Source of the DNA: Felis catus
Taxonomy: Eukaryota
Direction: 5' to 3'
Assembly (NCBI RefSeq): GCF_018350175.1
Contig: NC_058368.1
Location: forward strand, 105,092,001 to 105,156,000
Length of the DNA stretch: 64,000 bases
Below, in pieces: positions 1 through 11,147 of this stretch (position 1 is its first letter; every line of letters starts with the position of its first letter). The notes under the pieces were generated by a model. It saw only the letters and a program-made list of their open reading frames with translations, did not search any database and was not told the origin of the DNA. The translations under genes and the position numbers were made by a program.

Positions 1-59
1 AGACAGCAATAAAAGTGTATAAACAGCCAGTCACGTGGTGTATTAAGCTGTATACTGGA

Positions 60-235
60 AGGACGAAGGGAGAAGGCAGAGGGCCAGTGTGGGCTAGGAA
101 AGACTCACAGAGGATCTTAAACGATAGAGAGAAGCTGGATTAGGAAAAGAGATGGACGGATACAACAGTCAAGAAGAGCAAGATAAAGATGAATGGAAGC
201 TCGGAGAAGGGAATGAGGACGGTATGGTGTTTGCT
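60..235 (-). mobile_element. Ancient L2 LINE fragment
   Basis: Purine-rich degenerate segment resembling the antisense L2 3' region; weak match. Confidence 0.35.
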
Positions 236-1309
236 AGTCTTTATCCCTCGCTTTCCTTCTTTTGTCCCTCCCTCCCTCACTCTCAGTATACACACACATT
301 GCTACATACATACGCGTTTACGGGTGCATAGGAGAGTATGTATAAACACATAGATTTAACTCCAAATAATACTTGTCTTACACAAGTATTATTAAATGTT
401 AGTAATTAAACATTAACCATTAAACATTAAAATGTTTCTGATAAATTTGAACGTGATGGGTCTCTGGGAGACGACAATTTATAATCTTTCAATCTGCAGC
501 GGATGACCCATAAAAATGAGAGGATATGAGAGAGAAATAACATCCAGCAAAACCACCTTTCTTTCAGAAATCAAGAATAGGCCAATTCTTACACTAAGAA
601 GATATTTTTATTTAAAAAAAAACCTCTTTATATGGTAAAATTGATTGTTTTTTGATTGACATCATACTTGACTCTTCACTTGTACACATTTTTTTGGTTC
701 ACCATTGCTATGAGCAATAGAAAGAAAATTGCTCTGTAATATCATCCCTCTGTGTTTGGCAATAAAATCCAAGAAAAATAAAATATTCCTTCAGTACAGT
801 GAGTTAGGGGACTGAGATGAAAATTTCCAGTTTTACGGGTTGAAGTAGAGTTGTGAATCATGGATGCTGTTACTAAAAAAAGCTACTTTCTGTGACCAGG
901 ACAAGGAATTCCTACATAAAATTCACAGTATCTTCTGCTGCCTTGATTGTGTAAAACAGAGGGACCAACATTTCTGCTTTTATTTTTTAAAAATTTGAGA
1001 CATAGTAAATTGGATTTGATTTGCCACAGGAGTTTTACAACTGGCAAAAAGATATTGCTTCACTGCGAACTGAAAACCACTGTAATACACAGACTGGGAT
1101 TTAAAAGCTATCTTATTTCACGTCAATCGGGTATGATATTCTGGTTCTGTTACTGTATCTTTAACAACCCTCCATGAGCAATCTGTGAAGGAACAGCCGC
1201 GTTTGTATTCTGTGGATGTGCTCAACTGGGCAATTCTATTTGGGTACTATCATATCTGGGAGTTCACGAACATGAGAACCAGGTGGCAAAATTGATTCTC
1301 TCCTCTTTT

Positions 1310-1533
1310 TTTTTTTTTAATTTTTTTTTTCAACGTTTATTTATTTTTGGGACAGAGAGAGACAGAGCATGAACGGGGGAGGGGCAGAGAGAGAGGGAGA
1401 CACAGAATCGGAAACAGGCTACAGGCTCTGAGCCATCAGCCCAGAGCCTGATGCGGGGCTCGAACTCACGGACCGCGAGATCGTGACCTGGCTGAAGTCG
1501 GACGCTTAACCGACTGCGCCACCCAGGCGCCCC
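1310..1533 (-). mobile_element. Young felid SINE (SINEC_Fc type, tRNA-Lys-derived CAN-SINE)
   Basis: Reverse complement reads GGGGCGCCTGGGTGGCGCAGTCGGTTAAGCGTCCGACTTCAGCCAGG..., then (CT)n, AATAAA and poly-A; most CpGs intact; perfect 16 bp TSD GATTCTCTCCTCTTTT at 1294-1309 and 1534-1549. Confidence 0.97.
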
Positions 1534-2384
1534 GATTCTCTCCTCTTTTCTAAAACACATTATGAATTTATAGATGTTATAAAAGTAATAAGTAATACTA
1601 ATTGTTCCTGATTCCATCAAAAGGAGGTACATCTGTATCTGAGTCTTTGTGCCTGGGTGTGTAACCAAGAAATTCACCTCTTGAAGGAATCACACATACT
1701 CTGGATTTCTAGAGTCACTTTTTCCTTAATATTTAGGCAAAAAGTTCATGGACTCCTCGCATGTAGTTGGAAACGTAGCATGTTTTCCAACAGTGACATT
1801 GATTTTTGTTGGGGTCGATTGGTGAGTGACGTTACTTAGTTCTTTTCCTGAGGACTTCTGACTTCTGGTTCCTGCGCTGTTGAATTCTCAATCTCTTCTC
1901 AGTCTTTCACTTGCTGTCAGGCCTTTCTCACTACTTCACTCTGCTTTGCACTCTCTGAATCTCTCCACTAGAAAAATACCTCTGGACCTAGGCTATGTGT
2001 GTAATAGGTTTTCCAGAAGGCCTGCTAGGTTAAAGGAGAGTTATGTAAAATACGTAGCATATTTGATGGAATCCAACCTTCCATGTTAGACAAGCTTGTT
2101 CTTAAACTGGATCATTCCCACCACAGCTGATTTTCACTGGTTATATATTTGACTTTGGCTGCATTCTACCATCATGTTTTTGGGTTCCCCTCTCTCTTCA
2201 GCTTTCCGGTGTGTAACCCCCAAATTCAGTACTGTAGAATAGTTTATCTGTATCTTCAAGTGGAAGAATATTACCAAAAGTGGCCGTACGAAGCTCTGCT
2301 CTGGAGACTTCGTCTTTGTCATCAAAACACCCCGTGATATGATGTGTGTGGTTAATTCATAAACTTAAAATGTTTTTCTCAAGA

Positions 2385-2620
2385 GTGATACACATGGGAA
2401 ATATTACAGAAGAAATGATATGTCTGGGTTTGAAAATAATGTGGGGGAGAGGAATGGGTAGAGGAAGAGATGAAACAATGATGAGGATGAATCGTTATGT
2501 CAGTATGGTTGTGTTGGGTCAATATTGAACATGACCATTGAAGGTGGCTGACAAGTACAGGGTGGTCCACTGTACTTTTCACTCTACTTTTCCATATGTT
2601 TAAAATACTCGATAATAACT
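2385..2620 (+). mobile_element. Old L1 (L1MC/L1ME-like) 3' end fragment
   Basis: Motifs gaaatgatatgtctggg...gatgaaacaa...tacagggtggtccactgtacttttcactctacttttccatatgttt typical of old L1M 3' UTR ends. Confidence 0.6.
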
Positions 2621-2634
2621 AATTTTGTTCTACC

Positions 2635-2750
2635 ATATATACATATATTTAATTTACGTAAAATTAGCTAATACATACTATAATATATAAATAATAGTAT
2701 ATAATTAATAATGATACTGTATATAATTAAATATAATTAACATAAGTCAA
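2635..2750. repeat. AT-rich low-complexity tract
   Basis: Near-pure A/T with repeated tataatta units. Confidence 0.6.
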
Positions 2751-2860
2751 TCTAAGATTAGTAGACTAAAAATCAGAGGATAAAGGCAAATGCTGGATGA
2801 AAGACAAACTTAAAGGCACCCTAGAGATATTTTAAGATGGGGAGGTGCAGCGATAACAAA

Positions 2861-3638
2861 TGTGTTAGTTATCTTTCAGTGCACAACAAATCCGAACAAC
2901 ATTTAGTGGCTAAAAACAATAAAAATTTATTATCCTAAAGTCTCACGGGAAAGGAATCTGGGCACAGCCCACCTGGGTGTCTCTGGACCAAGGTCTTTCA
3001 GAGGGCTGCAATCAAGTTATTGACAGGGGCTTAAATTATCTCAAGGCCTGACTAGGTGAGTATCTGCTTCCCAACTCATTAATGCAGCTCCTGGAAGATG
3101 CCAGATCCTCACTGGCTGTTGGCCAGAGAGATCAGTTCTTTGCCCACATGGTTCTCTCTATTGTGTAGCTCCACAACATGGTAGTGGCTTTCTTTCTTTT
3201 TTAAAAAAATTTTTTTAAAAACGTTTATTTATTTTTGAGACAGAGAGAGACAGAGCATGAACGGGGGAGGGTCAGAGAGAGGGAGACACAGAATCCGAAA
3301 CAGGCTCCAGGCTCTGAGCTGTCAGCACAGAGCCCGACACGGGGCTCGAACTCACAGACCGCGAAATCATGACCTGAGCCGAAGTCGGCCGCTTAACCAA
3401 CTGAGCCACCCAGGCACCCCGGTAGTGGCTTTCTTTAGAGAGTGAATGAAGAGCAAACTTAAGACAGAGGCTATAGTCTTTTTGTAACCCAGTTTCAGAT
3501 GACATACCATTGCTTCTGCTATGTTCTATTTGTTAGAGGCACATCCCTAAGTCCAGCCCACAAGCGAGAGGATTACACAAGGTGAAAATATGTGGAACTG
3601 AGGATCAATGGGGGCCGTAAGAGAGGCTGCCTATCACA
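2861..3638 (-). mobile_element. MaLR MLT1 (F/G/H-like) LTR, interrupted by a SINE
   Basis: Begins tgtgttagttatc...ttagtggctaaaaacaa and ends gaggctgcctatcaca, the reverse complements of MLT1 LTR termini. Confidence 0.8.
3196..3420 (-). mobile_element. Felid SINE (SINEC_Fc family)
   Basis: Full SINE body; perfect 16 bp TSD GGTAGTGGCTTTCTTT at 3180-3195 and 3421-3436. Confidence 0.97.
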
Positions 3639-4690
3639 GCCTGCATTTTAGGCCCCAGTAATTCACATTCCTTCCACATTCCAAATGCATTCACCCCCTT
3701 GGACGCTCCTCAAAGTCTCATTCCATTATTGTGGCAGCTCAAAGTCTAGCGTCTCATCATCTAAATCAAATCCAGGTGTAGATGAGGCTTCTCAGATATA
3801 GCTTCTTAAATAGCACCCTGTTGCAGTTTCTTTCACATACAGACCTGTGAAACTAAAGGTCCGTGTTACCTGCTACTGATACACTTAACGCATAATGGTG
3901 GAATAGGTATAGGATAACCATTATAAACATTTGTGGTCCGAAAAGGAGAAAAATGGTAGCCACAAAGGAGACTTTGGTGCACGGCGATTCTGAATTCCAA
4001 CTGACAGAATGTTGGAAATTCTGTGATTGGGTCCAGCAATCATTCTCCACGGCTTTTGGCTCTGCTATCTGGTCTTGTATTAGTCAGCTCAGGCTGCCAT
4101 AACCGTACCGTGGGCAGGGTGGCTTAAACAACAGAAATTTATTTTTTCACAATTAGGGGCCAGAAGTTGAATATCAAGCAGCAGCACTGTTGGTGTCTGA
4201 TGAGATATTTTATCCTGATTTGCAGATGGCCACCTTCTCACTGTGTCCTCACATGGCCTTTCCTCTCTTAATGCCTGTGCCTCTTCCGAGAAAGATGCTG
4301 GGCCTATCTGATCAGGGCTCTACTTTTATCATCTCATTTAACTGTGATTATCTCCTTAAAGGCCCCATATCCAAGTATAGTCCCATTGAGGATTAGGACT
4401 TCAATGTATGAATTTTGGGGGACACAACTGAGTCCATAACAGGGCTTTTGGTTCTGCTTGCTGAGTCATCCTTCCTTTTTCATGAAAGATCTCATGTATT
4501 TGCCAGTGAGTAGCTTTCTCAGCCTATTTTCTGACATTTGGGGGGATCCAACTTCTTCTTTGTACTTTTACACTGTTTCTATCCTTTTTGCACATCTTTT
4601 AATCTCAAAGTGCCTTTTCTATTACTCTGAGGCACTAGCTTTGATCTTCCTGAGGTCTTAAAAGATTTTGCAATGACACTCTTGGCTTCA
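3639..4690 (-). mobile_element. MLT1 internal (MLT1-int) sequence contiguous with the LTR, interrupted by a second MaLR LTR
   Basis: Directly abuts the LTR end; ggccccagtaattcacattccttccac...caaagtctcattcc...tcatcatctaaatcaaatccaggtgtagatgaggc resembles MLT1-int. Confidence 0.65.
4076..4441 (-). mobile_element. MaLR solo LTR (MLT1A/MLT1B-like)
   Basis: tgtattagtcagctcaggctgccataac...ggcttaaacaacagaaattt...tatgaattttgggggacacaactgagtccataaca; TG..CA ends; degenerate 5 bp TSD ggtct/gggct. Confidence 0.85.
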
Positions 4691-4704
4691 TCTCTAGACC
4701 AAGG

Positions 4705-5010
4705 TCACAGTATCATGTCTTCGGTATTTTTGCCAAAAATGTACAACTGAATTTAATCATGAAGAAACATCCAACAAATCCAAATTGAGAGAAATTTTAC
4801 AAAACAATGAGCCAATGCTCTTCAAAAGAGTCAAGGTCATGAAAGGCAAAGAAAGCCTGAGAAACCATCCCAGATTGAAGGAAACAAAAGAGATGTGACA
4901 ACTAAATACAACATGGGATCCTAGGTTGGATTCTAGCCCAGAAAGTGGACATTAAGAGAAACCTGGCAAAATTTGAACAAAATATGTAGATTATTTAATA
5001 GTATAGTAAT
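4705..5010 (+). mobile_element. L1MC-like 3' UTR fragment
   Basis: aatcatgaagaaacatc...caaattgagag...tcaaggtcatgaaaggcaaagaaagcctgagaaac...gatgtgacaactaaatacaacatgggatcc. Confidence 0.75.
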
Positions 5011-5934
5011 ATGAAAGGCTGGGTAAAAGTATATTAACATATTGGTATATTGTCCAAGGAGTATTTACACGAGAAGACACAGGACTTAAGAGAGTAGGGC
5101 AGGAAGTGGTCAGTAGTGGAGGAATTGTCTGAAGAACAAGGTAATAGGTAGAATGTATCACAGCCAATCTTAACCATTCCAAATTTTGGACCACCAAATT
5201 AAACTAATCGTGGTCATGAAAATACGGTCGATACTGGGTACCGAGTATCTATGTTGACTTTGCTCATTTTATTTATTTTTCTAGATAGATATGTAAAGAT
5301 ACACAGATAGAAATGTCTTTCTCATTATTATCATTTAGATGCCAATTCAATACGCATAAAATTTGGGATAAATTATTCATTTGTAGACCACTTATGTTCA
5401 TAATTATTAAACAGCAGACCAAGAAATATATAGTATGATATATCCAAATAAGCAGGAATGGTATAACAAAAAATGTCTTGTCTCTGTAGGTTTGGATACT
5501 GGAATGCTGTTATGCTAGTAGAATGTTGATAGCACCGTCTCACACAAAATTAGATAAAGTAAAACAAAGAATGGGTACCTGGGCCACAAATTCAGGCTAA
5601 GGATTGTGTTTTCCAGGGGCAAGGGAAGATAAAAACTTGTGTGGAGTGTGGATGGGAGACAGAGGCAGAAAACGGGGCTCTGTAAGTTCGACTGTTACAG
5701 GAATGTGTAAACTGGGGTGTGTGTAGTTGAGGTTTGTGCTGACATGCAACGATACACTCATCTCCAATCTGGTGAGTGTGCAAAACCAAAGGCATTTCCA
5801 GATAGGTCTGACTCAAAATTGGGGTCATATCACAGGGGCTAGAGCAATATGAAGCATCCAGCGTAGCCAACTGTGAGAGTGTGGTACATGATGTGTTAAT
5901 TTTAATAATTAATGAAAAAAAGGTAGGCAGGAAA

Positions 5935-6145
5935 TAGTGGAGTATAGAAGAGTCATTAGAACAGGTTCTATCAGATAGTTTCTGGCTCTGCCCCTCACCA
6001 GTGATGTGAGCTTTGGAATATTAATTATTAATTCTGATCCTTGGTTTAGAGTAGTAAAACCTGTCTCATAGAGTTATTGTGGAAATTAAATGAAGAAATG
6101 CATATCAAAAGCAAGACAAAGAGAAAGCATTCAGTGAATGGCAGC
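5935..6145 (+). mobile_element. MIR SINE
   Basis: ctggctctgcccctcacc...acctgtctcatagagttattgtggaaattaaatgaag MIR core. Confidence 0.65.
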
Positions 6146-6475
6146 TTCTGTTTATATCATGATAACAGTGAAGATGATGTCAGGCTGCATCTAAGCACAG
6201 TGGGTTTCGGCCACAGGTGTCCTATGAAGACACTGAGTTACAAAGCAGATGAAAGGAAAAAAATCAAAAGAATTTTCAGGATAATGGTCAACATTCTGTG
6301 GTTTAAGGGCAAAAATTATAGATTGGTGAGCCTTGGAAGTTTCGGGGTTCCACTCGAACATTGCAGATCCTTGGAAGAATCCAACAAAACGATTTCTGTT
6401 TTCTCTGCCTCACAGACAGAAGTAGAAGTAATATGTTCATTTTATCACTCAGGAAATGAAGAGGATTTCATTACA

Positions 6476-6525
6476 TCATGGTTTCTCAACAGCAGCACTA
6501 TTGATTTTTTGGGTCAAATAATTCT
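6476..6525. mobile_element. hAT-Charlie MITE end (MER20-like) fragment
   Basis: atggtttctcaacagcagcactattgattttttgggtcaaataattct resembles a MER20 terminus. Confidence 0.4.
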
Positions 6526-8377
6526 GAACCCTGATCCTCTGAAGGATGGGTGGGTGGGGAAAGCCAAAGGGGAGAGCAAAGTCAACAGCAATTGAAAGAC
6601 CCTGAAGATGAATTTAGCAAGCTTGCATTTCAAGGGCATGGAATGGAGTTCAAATATATAACACAATTTTCTATAATCACAATGGAATACATTTTCTGAC
6701 TTTGGGGCTTCACATCTTCATCTGCTCAAATGCACAAACATAGTCGTAATTTATTCTAGGTAAAGTCAGTGAAAATACGGTGATTTCTCTGGCAATGCTA
6801 GCACATTATATTAATTATAATCCAAACACGTTCTGCATAAAGCTTTCTCTTTGGCTTTTCTCCCTTCTTTTCTCCCTGGATTTGAGTCTAAGTTGGAGGA
6901 TTAAGGTAGGTTGATAAAGAAACTAGCTCAAAAGCCATGCAATATTGTTGGGAAGGAAGCCAGATCCTTCTCAGTTTTGATGTGTTTTGATCCTATGCAG
7001 ATGTCCTTTGAGCTGTAACTAATTTGCTTTGATTTTCAGGCACACCTCATGTTTTAGCACCCGCCAGAACATACGATTTCACAGTTGGAGAGTGGTCATT
7101 TGTTCATCAGCCTCTGCCCAGGGTTTATCCATTTAGAAGTTTGTGATGTTTCCATGGTTTTTGGTTGTCATGCTATATTATTGTTGGCCCAATCTCTAGG
7201 CTTCTTTTGCTCTGTTTTCTCTTGGCCTAGTTCTTACCCCCACCAATCTTGAGATTCAAGATTAAGGGATGCTCAGAGGCTCTCACTCTGTCCCCTACAC
7301 TGTCTCTTACCCCTCTCTTTTCTATTATCTGCAAACTCTGTTCTCAGGCAGAACACTGACTTGATGACTAATTCTGGGAAATCAAACTGGACCAGGGAGA
7401 TATTCTCTTCCATCATTATGGTGCCAGGGACTTCTCCATGTATGTTGCTCTTTCATTGAACCTCACCTAGATACAAGAGAGGTTACCTTTTGTCATCAAA
7501 AACCAAAATTTAAATGACATTTCCATTGTACCCTTCCCCAGCTTTGGGTGTGGGGAGAGTGACAGGGAGGGTTAGGGTCAGGCACCAAGACAGACAAAAG
7601 TCTATAGGTTCTTGATTCTCTTCCACATTTGTTCCCTTTCCTGCACAGCTTGGATGGTTTTCTGGTCTGGGGATAGGAGAGGAGCATGGATGTACTTCAC
7701 CAGATTGCTTTTCCTTTCAAATCTTTCTGGTCATACTTTACACTTGCATCAATGGTTTTGAATTTAGGAGCCGTGATTTTGGAATCTGCTCTCCAGCCCC
7801 ATCAGATCCTAGATAAATGGCAGGCTCATCTCTCAAGATCCATCATGGAAGGGGTACAGGAAGAAAGAATAAATTGATATCTCAAATTATCCCCCTGAAA
7901 AGTGAATGCTGTTCAGGTTTGACTTGGCCTCTAATAGAAATCCTGCCTTCTATCATACTTCTGCTGACAGTAACTTGTAGGTTGCCCTAAAAAGGATTCT
8001 CCTATGTCATACACTCCTCTGATAAAGCACCACGTTTTCCTTGGGCCAGTATTCTGGTTTTATTCATTCAATGTGCATTCCCCTCTGTTGACAGGTCCCT
8101 GTTGTCCACAGACTGCACATGCTCACAACCTCCCTTCATTTTTCTGGATCTTATCTATAAGACATAAGGTCAGCTTTAAGCACCTTATGACATCTTTCCC
8201 ATGCATCTTTCTTTTCTAAGACGTAGTTCCTTCTATTTTGAGTTATTTATTATTTGTTTCATAACTGTTAGTGTTAAAAAAGAGCCAAGAGTCCTGAAAT
8301 GGGGTCACTTGTGCTAATCCCACATCTCCAAACCAAGACTTAACACCTAACCTAATTTCCACCAGGAATTTAATCTT

Positions 8378-9011
8378 TTCTTTATCGAAGTATAATTAAC
8401 AAAATGTTATATTAGTTTCAGGTGTGCAACATACCGATTCGACAGTTCTATACGTTATTCAACGCTCACCATGTTAAATGTAATCACCATCTGTCACCAT
8501 ACAACGTTTTACATTACTGACTATCTTCCCTAGGCTGTACCTCTCATCTCCATGACTTAATTATTTTATAATTGGAAGTCTGTATCTCTTAATCCCCACT
8601 AATACATTGCCCATTCCCCCATCCATCTTTCCTCTGGCAATAACCAGTTTATTCACTGTGTTTAACAGTCTGTTTGCTTTTTGTTTGTTCATTTGTTTTG
8701 CTTTTCAGATTCCACATATAAGTAAAATGATATTGTATTTATCTTTCTTTGTCTGACTTATTTCATTCAGCACATACCTCCTAGGTCCATCCATGTTGTC
8801 ACCAGATCTCATTTTTTTTTTTAATGACTGAGTAATATTTCATTGCATGTATGTATGTATGTATATATGTATATATATGTGTGTATATATATGTGTGTAT
8901 GTATATATGTATGTATATGTATATATATGTGTGTATGCATGCATATATATGTGTATGTATGTATATATATATATACATACATACACACATATCACATATT
9001 CTTTATCCATT
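8378..9011 (-). mobile_element. 5'-truncated L1 3' end (carnivore L1_Carn/L1MA9-like)
   Basis: ttatattagtttcaggtgtgcaac...cagattccacatataagt...ctaggtccatccatgttgtc; TSD aggaat(t/g)taatctt at 8364-8377 and 9032-9045; TT/AAGA endonuclease site on the minus strand. Confidence 0.9.
8847..8992. repeat. Compound (TA)/(TG)/(TATG) microsatellite inside the L1 fragment
   Basis: About 145 bp of interleaved tatg/tata/tgtg units. Confidence 0.9.
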
Positions 9012-9968
9012 GTGTTTTTGGTATTAGCCCAAGGAATGTAATCTTAACCAGTAGGTCTGGAACTTCCTGGTCAGTGATAGTAAAGTAATCCACCAGACAG
9101 ACCCCTCCAGTCCCCCAAAGGAAGGTGACCTTGCATGAAATAATCTATTCTTCATTAATAATTCCTTGTTCCACCTCCCTCTGCCTAGAAAAGTCTTCCA
9201 TTTTGTGTAGTTCTTTGGAGCTCCTTCTGGTTAGACAGAGATGCTGCCCAACTCATGAATCACTGAATAAAGGCAATTAGGTCTTGAAATTTACTCGATT
9301 GGTTTTCAGGGATTTTTTTTTTAAGCATTGTATTTTTTCTCGTACAAGAAATATGTTACACGAATGTAGTGATCATGCCCTACACCGTGAAGTGTTTAGC
9401 ATGGTGCTGGTACAGAGTTGATGCTAAATACTGATTCATTGTTCTACAATGGTTTAAAAAGAAACATGGAAGCCTAAGCACTGTTTGAAATTTTTTCCTA
9501 AGTTTTGACAACAGTTTGATTTCTGTTTCCTGGAGACATAACAGGCTTCTGAAAAACAGAAATGAATATTGCTAATTTTCTAAATTTTGACCACATGACT
9601 TATAACAAAATGATGATCACAGATGTGACAAGCTTTCAAAATTGCCAGGTAAACAGTCTGGTTGGCTTCTGTGTTTACTACTACTCTTTTTCAGCATGTT
9701 CAGCATGTTCACACTGTTTTCAGAGTCTGCTATCCTTGACATTTGCAAGTTCTCTTTATGAGATATAGGTATGAAAATATATTTTAAAAAGTAAAGAAAG
9801 GCCACTACAGCATTCATACGGAGACTTGTGCTAAGGAATAATTAGATACATTGCTGATACCAACCATAATAATTTTCCAGAATGTCTTTCTTTCAGATAA
9901 AGATAAATTCACTAAAAATACCACTGGGTAAATCAAAATTATGTTCAATTATAAAAAGAATTATATTA

Positions 9969-10172
9969 GAGGCGCCTGGGTGGCATAGTTAGTAAGGCAT
10001 CCAACTTAGATCTTACCTCAGGCCATGATCTCACTGTTCATGAGTTCAAGCCTCACATCAGCTCTGTGCTGATGACACAGAGTCTGCTTGAGATTCTGTC
10101 TCTCCTTCTCTCTTCTCCCCCCTGGCTTGTGTTTTCCCTCTCTCTTTCTCAAAATAAACTTTAAAAAACTTT
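9969..10172 (+). mobile_element. Older carnivore SINE (SINEC)
   Basis: gaggcgcctgggtggcatagttagtaagg...gagttcaagcc...(CT)n, aaataaa; diverged, TSD degenerate. Confidence 0.92.
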
Positions 10173-10234
10173 AAAAATGACTTATACTATTAATCTATAA
10201 TTATTTGTACTTACTAATAAGATTTTGTCAATAC

Positions 10235-10325
10235 TCTATTTATGCATCTAGCAAATGATTACTAATTACTACTTGCTAGGTATTGAGGTTATAGTGGTCT
10301 CTGTTCTCATAGAACTTACAAAGTT
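10235..10325 (-). mobile_element. L2 3' end fragment
   Basis: tatgcatctagcaaatgattactaattactacttgctaggtattgagg...ctgttctcatagaacttaca. Confidence 0.45.
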
Positions 10326-10923
10326 GAGTTTCTAATTCTATAGAATGACTTAATTTTCTATGTAAGAAAGGACTAGAATCAAATTAAGAATATTTTCAGG
10401 CATCTGAGAGACTCTCTCACTGGTTCTATTTGCGTAAACACTTTTTTTAAAAATCATTTTAAATAACAAAAAAACATTTTGTGAACGTGCTCAAAAGGGC
10501 ATGGAACTTTAGAAATATATGAATATTTTTTATTTTGATTTTAAATATGTATTTGCATTTTCACTTGTGGCCACGAAGACACCTGGATTTGTGTTGAAAG
10601 ACATAGCACAATGATTTATACTTTTTAAAGATAATTGCCTCTGAGATACTAGACGAGAAGAAATGATTCTCAGAAATCCCCTGGCTCACTCACTGTCATC
10701 TGAATTAAGAGCTTCATTTTAATATTAGCACTTGGAAGGTAAGCACCCGCAGCCTCCAAGGGAGGTGATGTTCCCTGGCTATCATATGACTCCAAGCGGG
10801 AGGTCAGAGAAACTGCTCAACTGTTGACAAGCAGAGGCAAGTAAACATTTCTGCCAGAAACATACAAACCTACCATTAGTAACATCACTTTTGCCTCTCT
10901 GCCCTGGTGGATAGCACACATTT

Positions 10924-11147
10924 AAAATTTTTTTTAACATTTGTTTATTTTTTGAGAGACAGAGAGAGACAGAACATGAGTGGGAGAGGGGCAGAGAGAG
11001 AGGGACACACAGAATCCGAAGCAGGCTCCAGGTTCTGAGCTGTCAGCACAGAGCCCGACGTGGTTGGGGGGCTCCAACGCATGAATCACGAGACCGTGAC
11101 CTCAGCCAAAGTCAGAAGCTCAACCGACTGAGCCACCCAGGCACCCC
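10924..11147 (-). mobile_element. Felid SINE (SINEC_Fc family)
   Basis: T-rich tail, gagagacagagagagacag..., ends ccgactgagccacccaggcacccc. Confidence 0.95.

Larger units (their letters stand above)
8272..9327 (+). mobile_element. ERV1-class solo LTR (MER34/MER39-like), split by an L1 insertion
   Basis: Starts tgttaa; 3' part ggagctccttc...gatgctgcccaactcatgaatcactgAATAAAggcaattag (AATAAA 9266-9271); ends ttaagca. Confidence 0.7.

Noticed and set aside
1330..1677. 115 aa ORF and similar ORFs (3272-3505, 22214-22453, 43051-43302, 55558-55857, 63352-63576)
   Set aside because: These are translations of SINE bodies (GAWVAQ..., GAPGW...), not genes.
5490..5771. Possible exon between a tctctgtag acceptor and a CTG|GTGAGT donor
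   Set aside because: Early stop codons in the frames I translated, no recognisable peptide and no other support; consistent with chance splice-like signals.
6077..6595. Longest ORF in the track (172 aa)
   Set aside because: It starts at a non-ATG codon inside a MIR, runs through a MER-like fragment and has no recognisable domain.
8799..9088. ORFs rich in Y/I/V/C/M or H/T (also 25349-25662, 40278-40547, 59459-59659)
   Set aside because: Microsatellite translations.
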